DNA of 9,253 bases from a virus (Duplodnaviria; Heunggongvirae; Uroviricota; Caudoviricetes), in IMG/VR virus record IMGVR_UViG_2713896781_000016; one strand, 5' to 3'. Of the stretch, positions 1 to 6,796 are shown piece by piece. A program made the translations under genes and the position numbers. Every line of letters begins with the position of its first letter. Position 1 is the first letter of the stretch. The notes under the pieces were generated by a model, which was not told the origin of the DNA, searched no databases, and saw only the letters and a program-made list of their open reading frames with translations.

Positions 1-669
1 GGTGGCGGTCTGTTCTCCCGGTATGATGTCGCTTTCACGGTATACGGAGCGGATTTTTTCCGCCGGTAATCCCAGAGAGCGACGCGATACTGCCTCAGGT
101 AATGCGTCCACCACCTGATTGCAGACTGCCCACCAGGATAATTCAGCCAGCGATAATTCCCGCTCCTGCGTGCCATTCATTACATGGCGTATGACGTCAA
201 TCATCCAGGCTGTCAGATTTTGTTGAGTAAGTTGCTCAAGTGATTCGGAGGTCTGGTCGCGCAGCTGGTTGTCGCAGTGCCAGCACAACACCATTGCGCC
301 AGCACCGTAACTGTGAATAACGGTTTCGCTGTGATGATAATCGCCGTGTGGCCACTGGCAGGATTTCACGTGACGTAATAACCAGTCAGACAGTGCACCA
401 GCGCCGCCAGCTGCACGAATCACCCGCTCATCGCTGAAAAATGGCAGCAGTGATTTATCTTCCGCCAGCGGCTGGCGAACAGCAGGAACCGCTCCAGATG
501 GCAGCGCCCGCATGTTTTTCGGTTCCGGCTCCACCAGCACCCTGCCGCGATGAAAAACTGGCAATGATTCACGACCGGGCTTAAGGACCACCAGCCCGAG
601 TTCCGGAACCAGAACAGGTCGAAGTAATACCCGCACATTACCTCCAGACGCGCTGACGGTAGCAGGCAT
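1..669 (-). CDS. Hypothetical prophage protein, 5' part only (223 codons in window, continues beyond position 1); possibly DUF968/YdfU-like, unverified
   Basis: Minus-strand frame (plus triplet start = 1 mod 3) has no stop from 720 down to 1; ATG at 669-667. Manual translation begins MPATVSASGGNVRVLLRPV and includes LCWHCDNQLRDQTSESLEQ. Not in the ORF track because it has no in-window stop. Weak SD, so start uncertain. Confidence 0.5.
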   Translation of the reverse strand, partial: MPATVSASGGNVRVLLRPVLVPELGLVVLKPGRESLPVFHRGRVLVEPEPKNMRALPSGAVPAVRQPLAEDKSLLPFFSDERVIRAAGGAGALSDWLLRHVKSCQWPHGDYHHSETVIHSYGAGAMVLCWHCDNQLRDQTSESLEQLTQQNLTAWMIDVIRHVMNGTQERELSLAELSWWAVCNQVVDALPEAVSRRSLGLPAEKIRSVYRESDIIPGEQTAT

Positions 670-910
670 GTGTCCGTGGCAGATGTGCACGAACAGGAAG
701 ATATACAGAAACGGTCCAGGTCAGACGATCAGCGTTCAGACTCCGCTCCACACGGACACCGCGACGCAGATACGCCTCTTGAAGCATATCTGCCTCATCG
801 ATCGTACAGAACAGATAGTGAAACCAGCCATACTGAGGCGCACGAAAACGCCTCCCCTGCTTAATTTCCGGGTCGGCTTCAGAATTGTGGGATTTTATGT
901 GTTGTGTCAT
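638..910 (-). CDS. Hypothetical small protein (90 aa); position matches the small gene between ydfU and hok in Qin-like prophages, identity unverified
   Basis: ORF track 638..910; ATG at 910 preceded by GGAGAA 6 nt upstream; candidate promoter just upstream. C-terminal 29 aa are Arg-rich and low complexity, and overlap the next ORF start by 32 nt in another frame. Confidence 0.4.
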   Translation of the reverse strand: MTQHIKSHNSEADPEIKQGRRFRAPQYGWFHYLFCTIDEADMLQEAYLRRGVRVERSLNADRLTWTVSVYLPVRAHLPRTHACYRQRVWR

Positions 911-959
911 CGGATTCTCCGGTGACAGCAGGTGTCAGTTGTTCAGGCTGACTGCGCGA

Positions 960-988
960 ATTGTAAGGCAATACGCCGGAATGTACAA
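960..988 (-). promoter_or_regulatory. Candidate sigma70 promoter for the 90-aa ORF operon (-35 TTGTAC at 988-983, 17-bp spacer, -10 TACAAT at 965-960)
   Basis: Hexamers read directly on the reverse complement; sits between the BOF terminator and the ATG at 910. Confidence 0.35.
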
Positions 989-1013
989 ACAGAAAACCCG
1001 TCAGTAAGACGGG
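985..1013 (-). terminator. Rho-independent terminator downstream of the BOF gene
   Basis: Minus-strand RNA: stem CCCGUC / GACGGG (plus 997-1002 and 1008-1013) with 5-nt loop, followed by UUUUCUGUUUGU (plus 996-985). Lies 19 nt past the BOF stop. Confidence 0.6.
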
Positions 1014-1031
1014 CTTAACAAGCAGGGGCGG

Positions 1032-1376
1032 TTACTTTAATAATTTCAGTGCCTTTACATCAACTTCAACACTGCTCAGGTCTTTATCAATTTCACCCTC
1101 AATTCTTACTTTGTCTTTCGGAGAAACATTCTGCCCGGCCCATACGCTGTCATCAATATCCGTGACAATTGTCCCGCTATTGTCACGAAACTCATAACGT
1201 TCATCACCCACTTTTTTAACGATGCTCCCTTCAAGGATAACCCATGCATCATCCTTCAGTTCTTTTGCCTGCGCTACTGTTGAACGCTCTGCTTCTGGCC
1301 CCTGGAAACCACCCTGCTGTGCAAAAGCGCCAAAAGACACACCGGAAATAAGTGCTGCAATCAATACCTTTTTCAT
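1032..1376 (-). CDS. BOF (YgiW/YdeI) family periplasmic OB-fold protein with signal peptide
   Basis: 114 aa; N-terminal MKKVLIAALISGVSFGAFA signal peptide; body ILEGSIVKKVGDERYEFRDNSGTIVTDIDDSVWAGQNV matches the BOF pattern from memory. ATG at 1376 with AGAGGA SD. Confidence 0.8.
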   Translation of the reverse strand: MKKVLIAALISGVSFGAFAQQGGFQGPEAERSTVAQAKELKDDAWVILEGSIVKKVGDERYEFRDNSGTIVTDIDDSVWAGQNVSPKDKVRIEGEIDKDLSSVEVDVKALKLLK

Positions 1377-1495
1377 TCATAGTCCTCTTTCAGAGATGAA
1401 CATTCAAACAGCATTTTCAGTATGGTAAAGCGCGGGTGCGTTGAGGATGCCTGACACATCAGAGGTGGCGGGAGATTACTCCCCCGCCTGGTCTC

Positions 1496-1688
1496 TTACT
1501 TCTCAGATTCGTAGTCTACGAAGACAGCGACCTCCGTCTGACCGGTTCGGATTCGCACCTCGCAGAGGTCTTTCCTCGTTACCAGTGCCGTCACTATGAC
1601 GGTTAAACAGATGACGATCNNNNNNNNNNNNNNNNNNNNNNNNNNNNNNNNNNNNNNNNNNNNNNNNNNTCGCCTTTTGCTGCTTCAT
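1496..1688 (-). CDS. Hok/Gef-family type I toxin (small membrane toxin), coding sequence interrupted by the assembly gap
   Basis: ATG at 1688 gives MKQQKA, then N-run; after the gap, manual translation of 1618..1499 gives IVICLTVIVTALVTRKDLCEVRIRTGQTEVAVFVDYESEK then TAA at 1498-1496. Near-identical to Gef/RelF as recalled. AAGGAG SD 9 nt upstream of ATG. The track ORF 1503..1745 is a wrong-frame artefact of the N-run. Confidence 0.75.
1620..1669. other. Assembly gap (50 N) inside the hok-family gene
   Basis: Run of n characters. Flanks imply only about 11 nt (MLIAL region) are really missing, so the gap length is a placeholder. Confidence 0.95.
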
Positions 1689-1978
1689 AGCCTGCTTCTC
1701 CTTGCCTTTCGGCACGTAAGAGGCTAACCTACATGTGTTCAGCATGGATTGAGCCTCAGATTAATGTTAAGCGTCTTGCAGGACGCGTAATGTTAACTGG
1801 GGCTTTTCTCTATCTGCCGTTGGTGTTCATGCCCGAGGCAGATAGCCTCAAGCACCCGCTGCAATTCTACTTAACTATCCTTTTCCCGCAAACCGTTTTT
1901 ATCCCCAGCGGCAAATCGAATACACCACCAGCGCCACCGCCATCGCAATTCCTACCGTTGTGAATGCTTCAGGCCAGG

Positions 1979-2536
1979 TCATTGATTCACCTCCTGCGGC
2001 GGTTCTGGTAGCGACATCCAGTGGGTTGCTTGCCTAAGATCATTACCCGGACTAACTGCTATACCTCCGCGCCGGAACGTGCCTCCGAGATAGCGTGCGG
2101 AATATATTAATGGCCCAGCCTCGCTATCGATATTCATCGAAATAAGCACGTTCTGGCTCTTTTCAGGCATTCGCTCAGTACAGCTTATCCAGCCATCCAG
2201 AGTTATCGGAGATCTGGTTGACGTTTCCGAGATTTCCCGAAAATTGTTGGTTGACGAATTCTTATTTTCCCGAAAGTTTCCGGCCTGAAGCATGGCGACG
2301 CGGCAGGCGTTCCAGCCATCAGCATATGTTTTAGTTACACCGTCGAGATGGCAGGTAAGCAAATCCATTTCATCAGGCACTACCATTGCTATCGGCTCTG
2401 CTTCCAGTGATGCCAGCGCGATACGAAACACATTAGCCAGCAGGCTGTCTGAAGACTTGTTATCGTGCGCCGAGTCGCTCAGGAAGCCTGTGATGTATGA
2501 TTTAATCTCCGCGCGTTCTCTGGTAATAGTGCTCAT
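1979..2536 (-). CDS. DUF551-like prophage protein (185 aa)
   Basis: C-terminal GWISCTERMPE...ATHWMSLPEPP matches the DUF551 hallmark (W..P.PP) from memory; ATG at 2536, 1 nt after the stop of the upstream small ORF. Confidence 0.65.
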   Translation of the reverse strand: MSTITRERAEIKSYITGFLSDSAHDNKSSDSLLANVFRIALASLEAEPIAMVVPDEMDLLTCHLDGVTKTYADGWNACRVAMLQAGNFRENKNSSTNNFREISETSTRSPITLDGWISCTERMPEKSQNVLISMNIDSEAGPLIYSARYLGGTFRRGGIAVSPGNDLRQATHWMSLPEPPQEVNQ

Positions 2537-2537
2537 A

Positions 2538-2756
2538 TCAGTTTTCCTTATACGGATTAATTTTATTGTGCAGTGCGCTGAATGATTCCCATGTCACATC
2601 GGTATATAGCTCAATAACTGGTTCAAATGTCCTTCCAATTATCCAGACCAGTAATAGCGGGGATATCGGTATCATCAACACTATAAACAGAATGAAAAAC
2701 AGAAACTCTGTTGTTCTGCTCTTTCGTGGGTAATTTTTTTCTAAATAATGTTTCAT
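2538..2756 (-). CDS. Small single-pass membrane protein (72 aa), unknown function
   Basis: Hydrophobic stretch FLFFILFIVLMIPISPLLLVWII flanked by charged residues; ATG at 2756; coupled to the downstream DUF551-like gene. Confidence 0.5.
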   Translation of the reverse strand: MKHYLEKNYPRKSRTTEFLFFILFIVLMIPISPLLLVWIIGRTFEPVIELYTDVTWESFSALHNKINPYKEN

Positions 2757-2783
2757 TTCTTACCGCCCTTTCGGGCGGCCTCC
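2757..2783 (-). promoter_or_regulatory. Structured translation initiation region: GGAGG, stable GAAA-tetraloop hairpin, then start codon
   Basis: Minus-strand RNA: GGAGG (plus 2783-2779), stem CCGCCC/GGGCGG (plus 2778-2763) with GAAA loop, then UAAGAA AUG. Linear SD-AUG spacing is about 22 nt, about 6 nt if the hairpin is looped out. Confidence 0.4.
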
Positions 2784-2883
2784 TGATGTTCTGAGGGTGC
2801 AGGAATCCCTCCGGTTAAGGATTTAATAAAAATCGTTTCTGATTTAAATCTTCAGTATTTAGTTGTTAGTTGGTTTATCGCCT

Positions 2884-3195
2884 TTATGCTTCAGCCTTAT
2901 TTCGCAACCAGACACAAACCGGGCCATCTTCCGTATCATGAATGGAACCAATAAACCAGCCATCGCCCTCTGGTCGTTCCGGTTCCCATGCAGAAATATC
3001 AGCATCACACGCATCAAGGTCAGCACATCCTTCATCTCTGAAGCAGAGGACGTATTGAAGATTATTTTCCTCCATCCAGGCGTTAAACTCTTCCGTTGAA
3101 ATATATTCCCGACCATCACAGAATTTTTCATATTCAGGATGTGTCCAGTAGCCATATCCGTCACGAACTACCGGCATTTCTTTAATTTTACTCAC
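2884..3195 (-). CDS. Hypothetical acidic protein (103 aa), GTG start
   Basis: ORF track 2884..3195; first codon is GTG at 3195-3193 with GGAGG 6 nt upstream; overlaps upstream gene stop by 8 nt. Asp/Glu/Cys-rich; no family recognised. Confidence 0.5.
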   Translation of the reverse strand: MSKIKEMPVVRDGYGYWTHPEYEKFCDGREYISTEEFNAWMEENNLQYVLCFRDEGCADLDACDADISAWEPERPEGDGWFIGSIHDTEDGPVCVWLRNKAEA

Positions 3196-3415
3196 TGTTA
3201 ACCTCCTGCAACGCTACACGATACGCCTTCTTTATCCACGCCTTACTGCCATATAATTTCGTCTTCATAATAAACACACCTGCACGACTCGCCGATATCC
3301 CCGGACAGGTTAACAGCACAGCATCCACCACACGGTTATGCTTCCGAAACTCCATTACAGTACTGCTGATAACCACCTGCCCCACCGGGCCGTAATCCTG
3401 ATACAGGATTTTCAC
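3188..3415 (-). CDS. Hypothetical small protein (75 aa), GTG start coupled to upstream stop (GTGA)
   Basis: GTG at 3415-3413 overlaps TGA of the upstream gene (3414-3412); AGGAGG 7-9 nt upstream. No family recognised. Confidence 0.45.
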   Translation of the reverse strand: MKILYQDYGPVGQVVISSTVMEFRKHNRVVDAVLLTCPGISASRAGVFIMKTKLYGSKAWIKKAYRVALQEVNSE

Positions 3416-3693
3416 GCAGACACCCTCCTGTCGAAATAAACGTAGTTATTCACTATGCGCAGCGGCATGCCTAATTTTCTGGCAATTTCCCTTCTTTGCA
3501 TGCCTCTCTGATGCAGTTGCCGCGCCAGCTCAATATCACGCTGAGAATATTTTGCCGACGGGTGAAAATCACCACGTAACATCATGCTGATGCCCAGCTC
3601 CCGTGCCTTCGTTCTCACTGCCGCTTCAGTTCGTCCGATAAGTGCGCCAACGCTTTTTACCTTCCTCGTTCCCGCACACTGCCGGAGTATCAT
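3412..3693 (-). CDS. Small HTH DNA-binding protein (about 93 aa) with two helix-turn-helix-like repeats
   Basis: From ATG at 3693: MILRQCAGTRKVKSVGALIGRTEAAVRTKARELGI...RREIARKLGMPLRIVNNYV. The track ORF extends to a GTG at 3816, but that extension overlaps the upstream gene out of frame. Start uncertain. Confidence 0.5.
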   Translation of the reverse strand: MILRQCAGTRKVKSVGALIGRTEAAVRTKARELGISMMLRGDFHPSAKYSQRDIELARQLHQRGMQRREIARKLGMPLRIVNNYVYFDRRVSA

Positions 3694-3725
3694 GATTTCC
3701 GCCCGGCACCACGTCTTCCACCCAC

Positions 3726-4442
3726 TCACCGCTGCTGTTCTCTGGTGGCGGTAATATCCCGGAGAATATCCCGGCACTTGTTCAGCTCCCGCAGCGCGGC
3801 GCAGACTCGCTCCCACTTCTGAACCTGACCTTTTGCCCGGCGCAGCTCGCGGTTAGCCACATGCAGCGATGGTAAAATCAGACCATCCGGATGCTTTCTG
3901 GTGAACGACGGCTGTGACTGCACTGTGACCGCCACACTTTCCGTTTTTATTTCTTCCTGTGTTTCCGCTTCCCCGACTGGTAACGCAACACCTGCTGGCT
4001 GAGGAAAGGCTTTACCATCCGTTTCCGCTATGGATGCGGCTTTCGGCTCTGCCGGTAAATCAGCGCCCGGTATGCAGTACCGAAATTTACCGCCCTGATT
4101 CACGCGAATCAGACGCCCTTTGCTGATTGCCATGGCCAGTGATGAATTCGCCCGGCGGGAGGTAATCCCGAACATCAGTGCCAGCTCATCCGCCGTTTGT
4201 GGGCCATGATGTTCAATCGCCTCAGTCAGCATTTGCGCTGTCACTTTCGGTACCGGTGACACTGGTTCACTTTCACCAGCCTGAATCAGCCACCACATCG
4301 AACCCTTGTTATCCGCTTCACCACGGCGCTTCAGTTTCCACAGTTCGTTGACAGCATCTTCGCGGCTGATTCCAAGGCGCGATGCCACTACCTGTGAAGA
4401 GGCTTTTTTCAGTGCTTTCAGTGCGTCAAATACAGTTTCCAT
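3726..4442 (-). CDS. DUF1627-like prophage protein (YdaW-like position) with tandem winged-helix-like segments
   Basis: ATG at 4442 with GGAGG 8 nt upstream (track start at 4460 is TTG). Sits directly downstream of the DnaC-like gene as in Rac. Family name is from memory. Confidence 0.65.
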   Translation of the reverse strand: METVFDALKALKKASSQVVASRLGISREDAVNELWKLKRRGEADNKGSMWWLIQAGESEPVSPVPKVTAQMLTEAIEHHGPQTADELALMFGITSRRANSSLAMAISKGRLIRVNQGGKFRYCIPGADLPAEPKAASIAETDGKAFPQPAGVALPVGEAETQEEIKTESVAVTVQSQPSFTRKHPDGLILPSLHVANRELRRAKGQVQKWERVCAALRELNKCRDILRDITATREQQR

Positions 4443-4463
4443 TAAAACGTCCTCCAACAAAAA

Positions 4464-5210
4464 TTACTTCACAACCCTCTGATTGCTGACATTTGGACGC
4501 CAGCTATCCCAGTTAAACGTCACCCACCGACCACCGTTCATGGTCATGCGGTCCATAATCCTCTCACCAAGAAGCGTGCTCATTGCGGCATGATTCAGGT
4601 TTGTTAACATCCCGACACTGCACAGTGATGCTGTCCGGCGATCAATTATCTGGTGTAATACCACCTGCTCGTTTTTCGTCTCCCGCTGAACGCCTATTTC
4701 ATCCAGGACCAGCAAATCAACACTGCAAAGCTCCTGTAAAAATTTTTCCCCGGATTTGCCGTTGTCGTAGCTGTCATGCAACACGCTCATGACATCAGAC
4801 ACGGTGACGATAATCACGCTGCGCCCCTTCGCCATCAGCCGGTTACCCATCGCCGCTGCAAGGTGATTTTTCCCGGTGCCGGTTTTACCGCTGAACACAA
4901 AATTCGTGCACCCGGTCATCAGTTCGTCAGCTATGGATTTGGCCTGGCTCAGCGCGTATTTTTGCCCGTCGTTCTGCACCTGATAATTCGCAAACGAGCA
5001 TTTGCTGTGCAGAGGCTGGATGCCCGAACGATTCAGGATTTTTTCCACCCGCAACTGGTGATTCTGGCGGTTAATCTCCTCGCTGCGTTTTCGTCCTTCA
5101 ACAAGTTGCCATTCCCGCCACTCCTCCACCGTCCGGTACGGTGGAACCGACGCCTGTGGTGCAAGTCTGCGAATACGTTCAAGAACCCCGGCTGCCGCAA
5201 TGTTTTTCAT
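4464..5210 (-). CDS. DnaC-type replicative helicase loader (AAA+ ATPase)
   Basis: 248 aa; Walker A FVFSGKTGTGKNHLAAA, Walker B LLVLDEIGVQ, and C-terminal GMLTN...LGERIMDRM...WVTFNWDSWR closely parallel E. coli DnaC as recalled. ATG at 5210, 6 nt after the O-like stop. Confidence 0.9.
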   Translation of the reverse strand: MKNIAAAGVLERIRRLAPQASVPPYRTVEEWREWQLVEGRKRSEEINRQNHQLRVEKILNRSGIQPLHSKCSFANYQVQNDGQKYALSQAKSIADELMTGCTNFVFSGKTGTGKNHLAAAMGNRLMAKGRSVIIVTVSDVMSVLHDSYDNGKSGEKFLQELCSVDLLVLDEIGVQRETKNEQVVLHQIIDRRTASLCSVGMLTNLNHAAMSTLLGERIMDRMTMNGGRWVTFNWDSWRPNVSNQRVVK

Positions 5211-5216
5211 GCCACA

Positions 5217-6299
5217 TCACCCCCTGAATCCCGGCGGAATTTCGGTATCCGGTTCAGAAATATGATTCACACAACGCTGGTTGTTCGTGCCGCTTACCGG
5301 GAGCAACCAGGGGTTTTCAAAATTCCGGTCCGGCCCAAAAAACGTCGTCGCTCGCTGAACAAATTCCGTTCCCGTTTTCCCGGTAGCCGCCAGGTATCTT
5401 GCGTAACGCCTCACACCATCCAGTATGGCCTCTGGTGGCACCCCCTCGCGTAATCTGGCCTTCCAGGCACTGAAAGCGGATTTCTTCGGGTTTGCCCCAG
5501 CACGCAACGGGTATTCCCGCCAGACCTGTTCGAACACATCCGGATAATCCACTCGTCCCACAGGCTGCCCGGTGTTTTCCGGGACTACCCGATCGGCTTC
5601 CCGCTGAATGGCGGAATCGGCTTCAGGCTGCTGCAGTTGGTGTGATTGCTCCGGCCTTGCGGTCATCACCTGCTGCACAGCGCCCGAATCGGCTTTCAGC
5701 GCATACGCTGAATCGGCTTCCGGTGTCGTGCCTGCTGGCTGACCAGGATTGACGGTCTGAACATCCCCTGCCTGGTTCGTGGCGTTTTTTACGCCATGGA
5801 CCATAGTGTTTTGATCTTCTTGATCTGTATCTTTATCTGTATCTTTATCTGTATCTTTATCTGTCGTGACTCGTCGTGACATGTGCGTGACATTTCGTGA
5901 CGCGCCGTGACAATCGCCATTTTGTTCCCGCTTTCTTTCCCTCTCACGCTGCGCCCTCTTGCGCTCTGCCGGAGATTTTGCGGTTTGCGAAATATTGCCG
6001 TTGTCCTCTTTAAGCACCTGGCGTTTCTCCCATCCAGTGATTAAATCACCATCAAGTACCCGCCCCTGCATCGTCTGCAAAATTGAATCAATTACCTCTT
6101 CTGTCACGTCGAGCGCACTTGCCAAATCTTCTGTCGTGACATCAATGTGACCTCGCGTGACATTTCGTGACGCGCTCACCAGGAGGTGGATATACACTGC
6201 CATCACTGTTGCAATTGGCTGCCCTGACACCCTGGCAATTGTTCGCCACTTAGGGTCATTTGGCATGTCATGCCATAATCTGAGCCAAGCGTTAGCCAT
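5217..6299 (-). CDS. Phage replication initiation protein (lambda O-like replisome organiser) containing internal iteron arrays
   Basis: ATG at 6299 with GGAGG 5 nt upstream (track start 6305 is GTG). Immediately upstream of the DnaC-like gene. Central low-complexity linker (TDKD)x4 coincides with DNA tandem repeats and CGTGAC iterons, as with lambda ori inside O. Confidence 0.75.
   Translation of the reverse strand: MANAWLRLWHDMPNDPKWRTIARVSGQPIATVMAVYIHLLVSASRNVTRGHIDVTTEDLASALDVTEEVIDSILQTMQGRVLDGDLITGWEKRQVLKEDNGNISQTAKSPAERKRAQRERERKREQNGDCHGASRNVTHMSRRVTTDKDTDKDTDKDTDQEDQNTMVHGVKNATNQAGDVQTVNPGQPAGTTPEADSAYALKADSGAVQQVMTARPEQSHQLQQPEADSAIQREADRVVPENTGQPVGRVDYPDVFEQVWREYPLRAGANPKKSAFSAWKARLREGVPPEAILDGVRRYARYLAATGKTGTEFVQRATTFFGPDRNFENPWLLPVSGTNNQRCVNHISEPDTEIPPGFRG
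5823..5864. repeat. 12-bp tandem repeat (ATCTGTATCTTT) x3.5
   Basis: Exact units at 5823-5834, 5835-5846, 5847-5858 plus partial 5859-5864; encodes TDKDTDKDTDKD on the minus strand. Confidence 0.9.
5865..5911. repeat. Iteron array: five CGTGAC copies at 10-11 bp spacing (putative origin core)
   Basis: CGTGAC at 5865, 5875, 5886, 5896, 5906; followed by a pyrimidine/T-rich stretch 5912-5945. Confidence 0.6.
6103..6175. repeat. Second iteron cluster plus an exact 21-bp direct repeat of the first cluster
   Basis: CGTGAC at 6135, 6156, 6166; variant TGTGAC at 6146; inverted copy GTCACG at 6103-6108. GCGTGACATTTCGTGACGCGC is identical at 5885-5905 and 6155-6175. Confidence 0.55.
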
Positions 6300-6370
6300 A
6301 CTCACCTCCTCTGATACCGAATCTTTTTACTCACGAATTGCCGGAAGCGATTCGATATGGCTATTGTCAG

Positions 6371-6796
6371 TCAATGTACTGCCACAGCATTTCCTGCCGG
6401 GCCACCACGGTTCATCTGATTGAAACCGGCGATTGCCACTGCGACAAAATCATCAGCGTCTCTCACCAGTCGCTCCCGCGTCTCCACCAGCTCCCGAAAA
6501 TAAGTTGAACTGTGGCTGCGCATTCTGGCCACCAGCAAAGGTGGCATTGCCTTTTCGATCGCTGGTAACAACGCCTGAATTTTTTCAACTGCATCAGGGG
6601 TGTCTTTCTCTATCCAGCGGAAAATTTTCTGGGTATTGCGAGCCAGGGCTTCCGGATGGCTGTCGTCATACAGTTCCGGGAACGTCATACCCAGTTCGAA
6701 ATACGCTTTGGTAATCTTCGCAGTCGGTACTTTTTCGCCGTCCGGATGCGCCCAGGCATTCATCGCCATGCGGATGTGTTCATGCTTGATTTTCAT
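6371..6796 (-). CDS. YdaT-like protein (cII-analogous position), 141 aa
   Basis: Internal ATG at 6796 gives MKIKHEHIRMAMNAW..., matching the YdaT N-terminus as recalled; G-rich SD upstream. The track N-terminal extension to 6868 looks non-coding. Confidence 0.7.
   Translation of the reverse strand: MKIKHEHIRMAMNAWAHPDGEKVPTAKITKAYFELGMTFPELYDDSHPEALARNTQKIFRWIEKDTPDAVEKIQALLPAIEKAMPPLLVARMRSHSSTYFRELVETRERLVRDADDFVAVAIAGFNQMNRGGPAGNAVAVH

Noticed and set aside
420-638. 72-aa minus-strand ORF from the track (Trp/Cys-rich)
   Set aside because: Lies entirely inside the long open frame 669 to 1 in a different frame, and has implausible composition; most likely an alternate-frame artefact.
668-925. 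Plus-strand ORFs 668..925 and 670..864
   Set aside because: Antisense to the 90-aa ORF and the large left-end ORF; no SD and low-complexity translations.
1222-1428. Plus-strand 68-aa ORF
   Set aside because: Antisense to the well-supported BOF gene.
1503-1745. 80-aa minus-strand ORF spanning the N-run
   Set aside because: The frame is carried across 50 N of arbitrary length; the real gene is the hok-family ORF, read in a different frame downstream of the gap.
1733-1963. Plus-strand 76-aa ORF upstream of hok
   Set aside because: Falls in the expected hok leader/antisense region; translation is low complexity (PPAPPPSQ) with no SD. An RNA function is more plausible than coding.
2757-2883. 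Possible late promoter and Q-utilisation region in the 127-bp intergenic gap
   Set aside because: No Q-like antiterminator upstream and no lysis genes downstream; only weak -10/-35 matches.
2859-3164. 101-aa minus-strand ORF and plus-strand ORF 2863..3099
   Set aside because: Alternate-frame and antisense overlaps of the 103-aa GTG-start ORF, which has the strong SD.
4583-5752. Plus-strand ORFs 4583..4792, 4776..5453 and 5492..5752
   Set aside because: Antisense to the DnaC-like and O-like genes; Arg/Pro-rich translations typical of GC-rich antisense frames.
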